A program made the translations under genes and the position numbers. The notes beneath the pieces were generated by a model that ran no database searches, was not told the DNA's origin, and saw nothing but the letters and a program-made list of their open reading frames with translations. A DNA stretch of 64,000 bases from a virus, in IMG/VR virus record IMGVR_UViG_3300022745_000020, positions 64,001 to 128,000 of that record; one strand, written 5' to 3'. Positions 1-10,014 of the stretch are shown here, piece after piece; positions within the stretch are counted from its first letter, which is position 1; every line of letters starts with the position of its first letter.

Positions 1-798
1 ATGATCAATTATTTCAATAAACCCGGAGGTGCTTGGTATGAAGCCAATGGGGGAAAGAAAGGTATTGATTATTGGGAGACTTGGAATGAGCCGGAGAATT
101 ATACCGATTCAAACCAAAACTCCACAGGTGTAGGAGCTAAGGGAAAACAGTTTTGGTGGGGTAGCAGTACCCAATTGGTAGACCTGTGCAAACTACAGTA
201 CGATTTGATTAAGTCATTAGACTCCTCCATTGTTATATGGTCACCTGGCTTTGCATCAACTAACGCCAATGCTCAAACATTTTTAGCGTGTCAGGGCACT
301 ACTTACAGTTCCACCACAGGTGCTGATACGTTTGATCAGTTTTCTTTTCATACCTATTCAGCAGCCCCACCGGGGGAGACTACCGGTGTGGGAAATGGAG
401 ATATCTTAACCAACTTAACTGGGCTGTATGAGCAGGTAACTGCACTGAGAACTCAAGGGTATAACTTTCCTCTGACCATCGGAGAGATAGGGTTTGACCC
501 AGATGCACTCAATTCGGCAGCATGGTATGCAAAATCTGCAGCCGATCGATACACCTACTGGTGTAGAGTGGCCATGGTCTGCGCCGCCTGGGGCATCAAA
601 TCCATATTGCCGTGGCACTGGACCTCAGGTAACACCACAGGAACAGCTGGTAATTGGGGAGGCGATGTGGATGGTTGTACTAAAGCCTACAATGATATCC
701 AGACTAAATTGTGTGGAAAGACCATTGTCTCCTACAGCTATGAAAATAACTCCCCAGTGAGGCTGGACTTCAGCGACGGCACCTACTGGGTGGTATGA
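1..798 (+). CDS. Glycoside hydrolase clan-A (GH39/GH5-like) domain, probable polysaccharide depolymerase; probably 5'-truncated
   Basis: WETWNEPE acid/base motif, FSFHTY, LTIGEIG nucleophile strand; ORF starts at window edge; upstream of tail-fibre genes. Confidence 0.6.
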   Translation: MINYFNKPGGAWYEANGGKKGIDYWETWNEPENYTDSNQNSTGVGAKGKQFWWGSSTQLVDLCKLQYDLIKSLDSSIVIWSPGFASTNANAQTFLACQGTTYSSTTGADTFDQFSFHTYSAAPPGETTGVGNGDILTNLTGLYEQVTALRTQGYNFPLTIGEIGFDPDALNSAAWYAKSAADRYTYWCRVAMVCAAWGIKSILPWHWTSGNTTGTAGNWGGDVDGCTKAYNDIQTKLCGKTIVSYSYENNSPVRLDFSDGTYWVV

Positions 799-816
799 AG
801 TAAAATAAGTGTATAC

Positions 817-868
817 AGACACACCCTACCTATACGGCCCATGTAAGCCGTATAGGTAGGGTGTGTCT
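817..868. terminator. 22-bp inverted repeat (terminator/stem-loop)
   Basis: agacacaccctacctatacggc / gccgtataggtagggtgtgtct just after the stop of ORF 1. Confidence 0.7.
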
Positions 869-929
869 AAATCTAATGAATGCGTATCCACATGGGTAAA
901 ATCCCTTTCTCTATTGGTAAGGAAACGTT

Positions 930-2318
930 ATGTATTTTGATCAACTACTCCCCTCTACTGCAGGTTTGGCTCTCATAAAGGCCGCTTCTGCATCAGCACA
1001 AAGATCCCAACTCGGCCTGGGAAGCGCATCGACGCTGAACGCCACAAACATCGTTCAATCGGTCAATGGCCTGGCACCTGATGTCTCGGGTAATGTCCTG
1101 ACTCGCAATTTTACCTCAGGTACAGTAGGTGCTACAGCAGTAGTTATCCCCCTGGCTACGTACCTGTTGGTGGGTGCACCACACACACTTAACGTCACAC
1201 CTGATACGGGATGTACTCTACAAATAGAATACAGTCTGAACAACGGGGCTAACTATGTGGTGTATGATACAACCACAGTCAGCAACATTTACCAGTATAC
1301 GATGCTGCCTGGTGAGAGCGCGATTACTCATCTGCGCATTACTCGCACTGCAGGCACCAGCAACAACAGCACCTATTATCTCAGTGGGGGTGTGGACTAT
1401 GCTCAGTACCCCGCAGGCTCTCCAGCTATATCGATCACTGCGGCTAACATCTCAGACTCTTCTGCAGCAGGTCGAGCCTTACTGACAGCTGCAGATGTCA
1501 CCACTCAAAATGCACTATTGGGCACCAGTGGGGCGATCACCTCTTTGGCTGGGATGCAAGCTACTTTTAATAGTGGCTCTGCTGCAGAAAAAGCCGCGTT
1601 TCAATCGTCAGTAGCGGGGGTGTTCAATGAGATGGTCTCGCTGCACCCCAGTGCTATTCCTTTGATTATCCCAGGCAGTGGCACAGTGAGCACCAACGGG
1701 GCATTGGTGCTGGGTACAGCCAACTCTGTTATCTACAGTGACAGTTATGTATATCTTCCAGCAGGAGCTGCATTTGCAAGCTCTATCGCTGGATTTTACT
1801 ATGTAAAATTCACCACTCTAACTACAGGCACCATCTACAATAACGTCTATTCCCCAGGTGCAAACTTCCCCTCTATCGTAGCTGTGCCAACTGCGATTTC
1901 TGCAGCCGGCCCCGGTGCATTTACAGGCCCCACCACTGAAATTGATGCAGTGGTCGTCACTGTGACTGGTGGTGCTATGGGTGTAAATGGACGCATCCAC
2001 ATCCAGTACTACGCTGGAGGCACCAACAGTGCAGGCAACAAGACCGTCAAAATTTACTACGGTGACACTAACTTAAACTCCTCTACCATGACCACTCAGC
2101 TGCAGCTGTGTATGCCGCTGTATGTGATCCAAAACCGGGGTAAATTAACCAGCCAGTATACCCCAGGATCTGCTTTCTCTGGCACCAGCACCAGCGCACC
2201 TGTAGCTACTTCGATTGACTCGTCTGTAGATCAGATCGTCAAGATCTCTCTGACACACTCCAGTGCTGCTACCGATAACATCGTACTAGAGTCGTGTAAC
2301 ATCGACGTGTGGGGTTGA
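930..2318 (+). CDS. Tail fibre/tail-spike-like structural protein
   Basis: VQSVNGLAPDVSGNV fibre motif, ISDSSAAGRALLTA repeat shared with 3221..6154, S/T/G/A-rich beta C-terminus; RBS aagga. Confidence 0.6.
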   Translation: MYFDQLLPSTAGLALIKAASASAQRSQLGLGSASTLNATNIVQSVNGLAPDVSGNVLTRNFTSGTVGATAVVIPLATYLLVGAPHTLNVTPDTGCTLQIEYSLNNGANYVVYDTTTVSNIYQYTMLPGESAITHLRITRTAGTSNNSTYYLSGGVDYAQYPAGSPAISITAANISDSSAAGRALLTAADVTTQNALLGTSGAITSLAGMQATFNSGSAAEKAAFQSSVAGVFNEMVSLHPSAIPLIIPGSGTVSTNGALVLGTANSVIYSDSYVYLPAGAAFASSIAGFYYVKFTTLTTGTIYNNVYSPGANFPSIVAVPTAISAAGPGAFTGPTTEIDAVVVTVTGGAMGVNGRIHIQYYAGGTNSAGNKTVKIYYGDTNLNSSTMTTQLQLCMPLYVIQNRGKLTSQYTPGSAFSGTSTSAPVATSIDSSVDQIVKISLTHSSAATDNIVLESCNIDVWG

Positions 2319-2319
2319 T

Positions 2320-3081
2320 ATGTCGGTTTATTACACCAAACCCACTAAGCGATTTACTACGACTGAGCCGTTTACTGGAGCAGTGGGCACTTATGATCTA
2401 CAAGCGCTTTCCTCTTCAAGATTGGTGATATCCTCCGATGCATCTGGTCAGCTCGCCACATTCACTTGTCAGCCAGGCGATCAATATCAAACATCCTCCG
2501 GCGAGCGCACAGAGATCATTTTAGGAGGGGGTTCGAATTCAGCAGCATTCAAGGTCACTGGGCTGGAAAACGATGTAGAGTATTGGACGTTTTCCGTCAA
2601 GCTAAGTTCCCCCTGGAGTCAGCCCGGGCTGTACAATGGCGTCTCACGTTGGCTAGTTCCCATTCAGTTTCACGGACCTGACTCGTACATAGCCCCTCCC
2701 AGCTTGGCTCTACAAACGGAGACAGGGGTATATGTCATGAGTATGTGTGTGGGTAATATGTCCAGTAAAAATACAGTCATGTACCCGCTGACTGACAACA
2801 ATTTACTGCTCGATAATTGGGTGGACTTTTGCTTCGAGATTCGCTGGTCTACAGGTACAGATGGCTATGTGAAACTGTATCGCCGCAATCCAGGAAGTGT
2901 ATATACCCGGGTATGTAAGGTGGCTAGTACCCCCACCATGCAGTATGCTACCGCAGGAGCCGCACAGATGCACTATGCTAAGGCGGGTATTTATCGCTCA
3001 CCATCATCGACCACCCACGTGGCATCTCATCGTCAGATCACCCGTACCACCGCCAGACCTGCAGGTCTGCCAGTGGCGTAA
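2320..3081 (+). CDS. Polysaccharide lyase-like protein (beta-jelly-roll, Polysacc_lyase/heparin lyase I-like)
   Basis: ERTEI, IQFHG, WVDF, DGYVKLY, YAKAGIYR motifs; starts 1 nt after the upstream stop. Confidence 0.6.
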   Translation: MSVYYTKPTKRFTTTEPFTGAVGTYDLQALSSSRLVISSDASGQLATFTCQPGDQYQTSSGERTEIILGGGSNSAAFKVTGLENDVEYWTFSVKLSSPWSQPGLYNGVSRWLVPIQFHGPDSYIAPPSLALQTETGVYVMSMCVGNMSSKNTVMYPLTDNNLLLDNWVDFCFEIRWSTGTDGYVKLYRRNPGSVYTRVCKVASTPTMQYATAGAAQMHYAKAGIYRSPSSTTHVASHRQITRTTARPAGLPVA

Positions 3082-3119
3082 GGGTGTCTAAAATAATCAA
3101 CATTTGATGAACACTACAC

Positions 3120-3155
3120 CCACTGTACATGGACGATGTCGTCCATGTACAGTGG
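3120..3155. terminator. 17-bp inverted repeat
   Basis: ccactgtacatggacga-tg-tcgtccatgtacagtgg. Confidence 0.65.
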
Positions 3156-3220
3156 TCTATGTTGCACATACACTCTACCTAATCTAGTGATTTGACCGCA
3201 TATCCACATGGAGCCTCACT

Positions 3221-6154
3221 ATGCAAAATGATTTTCCGTCCAGGAACGGAGCGCCTATTAACTTCACCACTGGCTTGATGATCAAGGGAGTGAACATCTC
3301 CGGTGATGAGGGGGCTAAGGTAATGGCCCTCAAAGTTAAAGCCTCGGATACCTCTGCCACCTCCGTATATGACTGGATCCGGTCGATGGACACGACCGTG
3401 GCCTCCATCTTACAAAACGGTGTAGCCTCTACCGGCTCCGTCACTGTCAGTCAGATCAGCGATGCCTCCTCACTCGGGGTGAGTCTGCTCAAAGCCACCT
3501 CCACCACACAAGCTCAGACTCTGCTGGGAGTGGGTGCAGCGACTTCTTTTACCATCAGTCAAATCTCTGATGCGTCCACCATCGGTAAAGCCCTGATGAG
3601 TAGCGCATCAGCTACTGCAGCTCGTGGCTATATCGGCCTAGGTACGGCAGCGACTCAAAACACCACAGCATTCGCTACGGCCATCCAGGGCACCAAAGCC
3701 GATACCGCTCTACAGCCTGGAGTACTGCCAGCAGGCACGACCATAGTCACCAGTCAGATCAGTGACGCCAGCGCGTTCACTAAAGACTTCCTGACTGCCA
3801 CCAGTGCAGCCACAGCTCAGACTAAACTGGGCTTGGGCAGCGCCGCCATTCAAGCATCGACTGCTTTTGCTACATCTACTCAAGGTGGCAAAGCCGATAC
3901 CGCCTTACAGCCTGGAGTGCTGCCAGCAGGCACGACCATAGTCACCAGTCAGATCAGTGACAGCTCCTCATTGGGGCGCAGTCTGCTGACGGTGAATACA
4001 CAGGCCGATCTGAAGACCCTGGTGGGGGTAGCTGCCAACACCAATGTCACCATTTCTCAGATTAGTGATGCCGGAGCTACCGGTGCTGCCATCTTAGCTG
4101 CAGGATCCACCACAGCAGCTCAAGCTGCAATCGGTCTACCTAACGCATCGACTGCATTACAACCCGGTGCATTGCCACTGAATACGACAGTCACCATCAA
4201 TCAGATCAGTGATGCTAATGCGTGGTCTCGTACGTTTCTAACAGCATCTAATACTGCAACTGCATGGGCACAGTTGGGGCTCGGTAGCGCAGCGGGTACC
4301 GCAGCCAGTGCGTTCGCTACTGCTGCTCAGGGCTCATTGGCTAGCACTGCTTTGCAGCCCGGTGCATTGCCAGCGGGCACCACCATCGCATCGACTCAAA
4401 TCTCTAATGCCTCTGCCCTGGGCAGGCAAGTCCTCACAGCAGCCACCGCTGCACTGGCCCAATCCTATCTGGGTCTGGGCACAGCTGCGACTCAAAACTC
4501 TACCGCATTCGCTACAGCTGCTCAGGGTGCACTGGCTGACACCTCCTTGCAGCCATCTTCTATCGGTGTCACCGTAGCGGGTCTGTCAGGTGGTAAGCTC
4601 AGTAGCTCAGTCATCCCAGATATCGCCATCGTTCAATATCTGGGATCAGTAGCCAGCCAGACCGCCATGCTGGCACTGACTGGTCAGCAAGGTGACTGGT
4701 GTATCCGCAGTGACTTAGGCACCACCTGGGTGATCACGGGTGCTACGCCCACGGTGATCGGCAGCTGGACTCAGCTGTCCTATCCTACTGCCCCAGTGAC
4801 CTCTGTAGCCGGTAAGACAGGCGCTGTCACACTGGCAGCTGCTGATATCAGTGATGCCTCCACCATCGGTAAAGGTGTGTTGACGGCTACGACTGCAGCC
4901 ATCGCTCAGACTGCTCTGGGTCTGGGCAGTGCTGCCGGATATGCAGCCAGTGCATTCGCTACAGCTGCACAAGGTACACTGGCTGGGACTGCATTGCAGC
5001 CCGGTGCATTGCCACTATCGACTACAGTCACCATCAATCAGATCAGTGATGCTAATGCGTGGTCTCGTACGTTTCTGACTGCCAATAGTGCATCTTCGGG
5101 ACGTACTCAATTGGGCCTGGGTACTGCAGCGGTATCGGCCACTACCGATTTTGCTACTGCGCTGCAGGGCTCTAAAGCCAACACGGCATTGCAGCCCGGT
5201 ACGAACCTCACTCAGACAGTGGTGTCAGCGACTTCTCTGGCAGGCTCCCAACTCATCACTGCAGCCGATACCGCCTCTATGCGCAGTGTACTGGGTCTAG
5301 GTACTGCGGCCTTGAACAATGTTGGAGATTTCGCCACAGCCGCTCAGGGCACCAAAGCCAACACGGCTCTGCAGCCCAGTCAGGCAGGTGGTATCATGGA
5401 CCAATATCTGGTCAATGGCGTGACGCTCACAGGAGCTGCGCTGATGACATCGACCTCAGTGGCTGTAGCCAGAGCCAACCTGGCTCTAGGTCCCGGTTAC
5501 TCCTCCGATGTCATTGCGTATCAGGGTACCTGGGCTGGCCGCCCCGGCACCAACATACCACTGCCGGGTAACCGCATAGTCATCACTGATGTGGGTGTGA
5601 AGGGAAGGGCCGCCCACAATTACATTCACATGGTGCTCACTTATTCCTCACTCGGTTCCTATTATTACTCCTTGCTTAATGGCAGTGCAGTGATTTATGA
5701 CTATATCGGCTCGCAAGATACCCCCACGACTGGTTATAGCTTCCTCGCAATGAAGATAAACTCAAATTTGACACTAACCGTCCCAGGGGATTTTCTATCA
5801 CCCGTAACAAATACAGTTAGGTATGACCTGGAGTTCACTATCGATCAAAATTCGGTGGATGCCAGTAACCGTTCAATTATTTATATCCGATTTGGCTCTA
5901 CAGGCACCGATAGTGACCGACTCATCGGGACTTATCCCATCTCCGGAAACTCGATAACTACAGTCATCCGAGCCAGCTTTACCCTAGAGGGGTATAACTG
6001 CTGGACATATAACCCTCCTCTATATCAAGTCCTACCCTTTAGTAATTACAATATAGCCTTTGGCACCAGCAACTACTTCACGGTCTGGGTCGCTGGAGGT
6101 GCATCTGGTGAAAGTAGTATGATGCGTCAGCAGCGCGTCGTTGCCAGTTTCTAA
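3221..6154 (+). CDS. Long repeat-containing tail fibre protein (977 aa)
   Basis: Many ISDAS..LGLG.AA..FATA.QG..A.TALQPG repeats, VTSVAGKTGAVTL and AMLALTGQQGDWCIRSD fibre motifs, distinct C-terminal domain. Confidence 0.7.
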   Translation: MQNDFPSRNGAPINFTTGLMIKGVNISGDEGAKVMALKVKASDTSATSVYDWIRSMDTTVASILQNGVASTGSVTVSQISDASSLGVSLLKATSTTQAQTLLGVGAATSFTISQISDASTIGKALMSSASATAARGYIGLGTAATQNTTAFATAIQGTKADTALQPGVLPAGTTIVTSQISDASAFTKDFLTATSAATAQTKLGLGSAAIQASTAFATSTQGGKADTALQPGVLPAGTTIVTSQISDSSSLGRSLLTVNTQADLKTLVGVAANTNVTISQISDAGATGAAILAAGSTTAAQAAIGLPNASTALQPGALPLNTTVTINQISDANAWSRTFLTASNTATAWAQLGLGSAAGTAASAFATAAQGSLASTALQPGALPAGTTIASTQISNASALGRQVLTAATAALAQSYLGLGTAATQNSTAFATAAQGALADTSLQPSSIGVTVAGLSGGKLSSSVIPDIAIVQYLGSVASQTAMLALTGQQGDWCIRSDLGTTWVITGATPTVIGSWTQLSYPTAPVTSVAGKTGAVTLAAADISDASTIGKGVLTATTAAIAQTALGLGSAAGYAASAFATAAQGTLAGTALQPGALPLSTTVTINQISDANAWSRTFLTANSASSGRTQLGLGTAAVSATTDFATALQGSKANTALQPGTNLTQTVVSATSLAGSQLITAADTASMRSVLGLGTAALNNVGDFATAAQGTKANTALQPSQAGGIMDQYLVNGVTLTGAALMTSTSVAVARANLALGPGYSSDVIAYQGTWAGRPGTNIPLPGNRIVITDVGVKGRAAHNYIHMVLTYSSLGSYYYSLLNGSAVIYDYIGSQDTPTTGYSFLAMKINSNLTLTVPGDFLSPVTNTVRYDLEFTIDQNSVDASNRSIIYIRFGSTGTDSDRLIGTYPISGNSITTVIRASFTLEGYNCWTYNPPLYQVLPFSNYNIAFGTSNYFTVWVAGGASGESSMMRQQRVVASF

Positions 6155-6171
6155 TACAGACATCATAATCA

Positions 6172-6211
6172 CTCATGTAGGGTGAGGGGGTACCCCCTCA
6201 CCCTACATGAG
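6172..6211. terminator. Perfect 40-bp palindrome between convergent genes
   Basis: ctcatgtagggtgagggggt|accccctcaccctacatgag. Confidence 0.7.
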
Positions 6212-6214
6212 ACT

Positions 6215-7810
6215 TTATGTCACATTCACCGCCACACAAGTGGGCCGATTGCCGCGCGGGTTAGCCTGCGCCACAGTCTCGATCAGTGCATTGTTTTGAA
6301 TGACTGCGTTGGTGATATCGCCCACATGGGAAAAGTTCACACAGATCTGCCTTTGCACATCCCCTACAGATACAGCGGCCAGGCGCATACTCATCACCAC
6401 CTCAGTACCCACAGGAATGTTAAGCAAGATGGCTGAGCGATTATCCACTTGTCCATATCCCTTAACATTATAGTCCGCTCGTGCGTCGAGTAGATACTTT
6501 CTGATATCTTCAGCCACACTGGCCTTATTCTGAGTCGATACAATTGTATCGGTTGCAGAGGGGTAGACCCGATAGCTCAATACACTCACAGTCGGGTCGA
6601 TGCGGGTATTGTTGATATTGATATCACTGTACCAAGCATTGACCGAGCCGAGTGTGCCGTCATCGCGGATAAACTGAAATGGCTGCACCTTCACAGTCAT
6701 ACTCTTACAGTACACCCCTGTCAAATTAGCTAAGCGGGTATCGAGTACATTCAAACTCAGTACCAGTTTTAAATACCCAGTGCCCTCTTCTTTATAAGCT
6801 TGTAATTTGACTTTGAATGCCGCATTGCTATAATAGTCCGATGAGACATTACCCACCTTCATATACGTCTGCCCTGTATTACTTAAGACATAATAATCAT
6901 CATCGAGCATCACGGTTTGAAACATACCGCCGTATTGGATGGGGGTGGTGGCTGCTTGAGGCAGCTGATTGGTCAGCACAGGAGACGCAGCATTTCCATA
7001 GGTGATCGGATAGGTCCCCAGATAGTAGCTCAGCTCACTATGGGCCAGAGCACTGCGATCTTCCACGGACTGTACACGTTTTAACAACTCCCTGAGTGTG
7101 GCACTCAATTGAGTCAACTCCTGCTGCCTCAATGTGACATCACCCTGTACAGCATCGGCTGCGTTTTTAGCCGCCTGAGCCGTGAGCATAGCGCTATAGC
7201 TCAAGTCTCGACTGCCCGAGCTGATCATATTCGTCAGCTCGACCATGCGCTCATCGATGTATCTCAGAATCGCATCACTCTGGATCTGATCGCCTCCCAA
7301 GATGGCCTGCCTGATCATCTCCATAGCACTGATCACGTACTCGAAGCCTGTGACATCGCCCAGGCTATGCAAGTGCATGGTCGGATCGAACGTCTGAGGC
7401 TTACCCACGACGTTAGGCCAGCCCAGAGGGCGAGTATCAGCGAGTAAGTTATTCACCAGCGCTTGGATACCCGTATAGTCCTGGACATACTCACCGCCGA
7501 TGGTCTGATAATCGACTAAGATGTCATTGCTCACCGCGGTGTTAAGCACCACGACTGAGCGATAGACATCTCTGCCGCTATTGACCGTGGCTGTCTGGGC
7601 CAGATCTTGACACTGGTATTCGATGTCCTTGACCAAGACGCGTTGAGTGTGTGCATCTCTGACTACAATCGAGTCATAGAAGTAAGGTGCGTACTTCGGC
7701 GCAAAGCTGCGGTAGGTGCGAGATCCACTCAGCGATACTGCTTCTGCAGAGATTTGGTTATAGGGGCTTTGCCCAGATAGATCCAGATCGAAAGTTAACG
7801 TATTGGGCAT
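6215..7810 (-). CDS. phiKZ-like virion (baseplate-associated) structural protein
   Basis: LDLSG..N.I..E N-terminus, YQTIGGEY, W..V..KP..FDP..HLH...D..GFEY block typical of phiKZ-like virion proteins; paralogous to the next gene. Confidence 0.55.
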   Translation of the reverse strand: MPNTLTFDLDLSGQSPYNQISAEAVSLSGSRTYRSFAPKYAPYFYDSIVVRDAHTQRVLVKDIEYQCQDLAQTATVNSGRDVYRSVVVLNTAVSNDILVDYQTIGGEYVQDYTGIQALVNNLLADTRPLGWPNVVGKPQTFDPTMHLHSLGDVTGFEYVISAMEMIRQAILGGDQIQSDAILRYIDERMVELTNMISSGSRDLSYSAMLTAQAAKNAADAVQGDVTLRQQELTQLSATLRELLKRVQSVEDRSALAHSELSYYLGTYPITYGNAASPVLTNQLPQAATTPIQYGGMFQTVMLDDDYYVLSNTGQTYMKVGNVSSDYYSNAAFKVKLQAYKEEGTGYLKLVLSLNVLDTRLANLTGVYCKSMTVKVQPFQFIRDDGTLGSVNAWYSDININNTRIDPTVSVLSYRVYPSATDTIVSTQNKASVAEDIRKYLLDARADYNVKGYGQVDNRSAILLNIPVGTEVVMSMRLAAVSVGDVQRQICVNFSHVGDITNAVIQNNALIETVAQANPRGNRPTCVAVNVT

Positions 7811-7852
7811 GTTGGTTCCTGTTTGCGTGTGAGAGAATGGTAAGTCGTCTAC

Positions 7853-9901
7853 TCAATCACCCAGATAGCGAGTCAGTGTGATGCTATCGAGTGCGAAAGC
7901 ATTAGGGCTCTGAGCGATATTGAGATTGTACAACTCCAAAGTTGTGGCTTCTGTGGGGCTGCTCACATCAAAGACGATGTCTTCACTGCGGGTATACAGC
8001 CCGCTCAGTGGCAGTGTGTGCTCAGTGGGCACTCCATTGATCTTGAGTTGCAGATGAGGGGGTTTTTCCTGGTTGTACAGCACACTGAGCTTGAGCTTAT
8101 ATTTTCCACCAGGCACCAGTCTGACACTGCTCCTCCAGAATGCTTTACTGACATCACTGCTGGTGTTTACTGCCAAGAATCGGTTGTTATCGGCCATCAC
8201 CCTCAAGATGTAGCTGAAGTTAGGCAACAAATAAAAATCATTGTCATTGGCCAGCGTCTGCGTACCCAAAGCGATCTTGTAGATCACAGCGATCTCACCG
8301 GGATTGGCAGCCCCTAGGGACTGCGTGTAGTCACTTGTAAATCCACTCATCCCGCTACAGAAGTTACCATTGGCCAGATGGTTAAACTCCAAGCCGTACT
8401 TGTATTTATAATACAGGCCCAGCGCATCCAACTCGCTGCGAGATAAGTTGTGGTCAAAGACCAAAAACTCCTGCAGGTATCCTACGCTACCAGCCCCACC
8501 GATCTTGGTCATCAGTGACGCTCCCCCACTGACATTGACCTCTCTTAAGTAAGTGCTTCTGGTGGGGTAGTGCTCACTGGGCTGACTCGAGTATTTCAAA
8601 CACTGAGCCAATCTGGGGTGGATAGAGCTCGCGCATAGATGAGAGTCCTCATCATCGTAGATCATCCCAGTGACCTGATACGATCCCCCATAGGAGCTCG
8701 TATAGCCCAACTGAATCAGGTTTTCATTGTCCACATACAGCCGATCTGTACCTGAAACATTACTCAGTAAGGTAAAGACCTCAGCAGTAGTTGGAGCACT
8801 CTGACAGTATACTGCCACCACAGTGTGACTCGCACCGATGGAGATTTCGGGACCTGACGATAGATTGAGCCCAGCGGGTTGTTTGGATAAGTCACATCCC
8901 CGGGTATTGGCCAGTCTATTGACAGTGACCAGTGAACCACCCACTCCGGTGAACTTGCGCGATGTATTGGCCTTGTCAATGACGGTGAGCACATTGCCCG
9001 TCTGAGTGACTTTGACCATGTCGTTAAAATCTACCCAAGCGCTCAAGCCTGCGATGTACTTAGGGATATCCATCAGTGTACCATCTTGCCTCAACTGTGA
9101 GATAAACATCGCAGCCATAGCCAAGGCACTGATATCCCCATTGCTGTTTCTCACCTGGGTGTCAATGAGTCCATCCACAGTATCCACACTCTGAGTCAGT
9201 GACTGGATCGATTGGTGTATCCACTCTAGCGTAGAGTCCTCAGCGATGAGGTTTTTCTCAGCCAGATCCGATAGAAAGTACACTGTATCGGATTTATCCT
9301 GGGGATGGCTCTCCAGCACCCCATACAAAGGCACAGTGCTGTTAGGTAGATACTCGGAGATGATCTCCATGTGTAGAAAAGATTGCGCCGTCTGCACAGC
9401 ATCCCTGATGCGGTTCAATCCTGCAGTGAGGTACTCCAGCCCATATAGGTCACGGATGTCTTGCTTATGCCCTTTAGGGGGGAGTTCTTGGGGATGATCG
9501 ATCACAGACCAAGAGGTGTGTTGCCCCTGGACGATGCTCGCTACGTTGCTATTTAGAGCAGCGTAGTCGATGTTACTCTCACCGCCCAGAGCTTGATAGT
9601 TTAACTCCACACTACCTTGTAGATCAGCAGTGACGATCATCAATGCGTGATGGATCTCATGGCCGCATTTAAGTGTGACTTTTGTATCCATCTCCAGAGC
9701 GAACCAGTCCACCCCACGAGTCAAAGTGGTGCGGGTGTTGTTGTACACATGCACGATCATCATGGAGTCGGTGTGGTACGCCCCTAGGTTGGGCATATAC
9801 ATGCGAATCGCAGCAGGGTATAGTGCATGGACTTCTCCAGAGACACGACTACCCGCGTCTCGTCCAGTCAAGTCCAGTGGTTTGATCAGCTGTACAGTCA
9901 T
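7853..9901 (-). CDS. phiKZ-like virion protein with LamG/concanavalin-like and CBM-like C-terminal domains
   Basis: Same N-terminal family (YQALGGE, P..H..DI.DLYGLEY); then GLSAWVDFND...LQEFLVFDHNLS...KYGL and LANGNF..G..GFTSDY. Confidence 0.5.
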   Translation of the reverse strand: MTVQLIKPLDLTGRDAGSRVSGEVHALYPAAIRMYMPNLGAYHTDSMMIVHVYNNTRTTLTRGVDWFALEMDTKVTLKCGHEIHHALMIVTADLQGSVELNYQALGGESNIDYAALNSNVASIVQGQHTSWSVIDHPQELPPKGHKQDIRDLYGLEYLTAGLNRIRDAVQTAQSFLHMEIISEYLPNSTVPLYGVLESHPQDKSDTVYFLSDLAEKNLIAEDSTLEWIHQSIQSLTQSVDTVDGLIDTQVRNSNGDISALAMAAMFISQLRQDGTLMDIPKYIAGLSAWVDFNDMVKVTQTGNVLTVIDKANTSRKFTGVGGSLVTVNRLANTRGCDLSKQPAGLNLSSGPEISIGASHTVVAVYCQSAPTTAEVFTLLSNVSGTDRLYVDNENLIQLGYTSSYGGSYQVTGMIYDDEDSHLCASSIHPRLAQCLKYSSQPSEHYPTRSTYLREVNVSGGASLMTKIGGAGSVGYLQEFLVFDHNLSRSELDALGLYYKYKYGLEFNHLANGNFCSGMSGFTSDYTQSLGAANPGEIAVIYKIALGTQTLANDNDFYLLPNFSYILRVMADNNRFLAVNTSSDVSKAFWRSSVRLVPGGKYKLKLSVLYNQEKPPHLQLKINGVPTEHTLPLSGLYTRSEDIVFDVSSPTEATTLELYNLNIAQSPNAFALDSITLTRYLGD

Positions 9902-9958
9902 AGTGGGTGTATCTTTCTTTAAGTTTGGTGTGGCGCATGTGCAGTCTCAGTCATATAA

Positions 9959-10001
9959 ACCGCTGTGTAGTAAGGGTGATGCCACCCTTACTACACACGG
10001 T
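9959..10001. terminator. 15-bp inverted repeat
   Basis: tgtgtagtaagggtg-atgc-cacccttactacaca. Confidence 0.6.
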
Positions 10002-10014
10002 GGTGAGATTGCGC

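Noticed and set aside
3400-5400. Regularly recurring DNA repeats considered as a CRISPR array or DGR template/variable pair
   Set aside because: Repeats are in-frame protein repeats, differences are not adenine-specific, and no cas or reverse transcriptase gene is in the window
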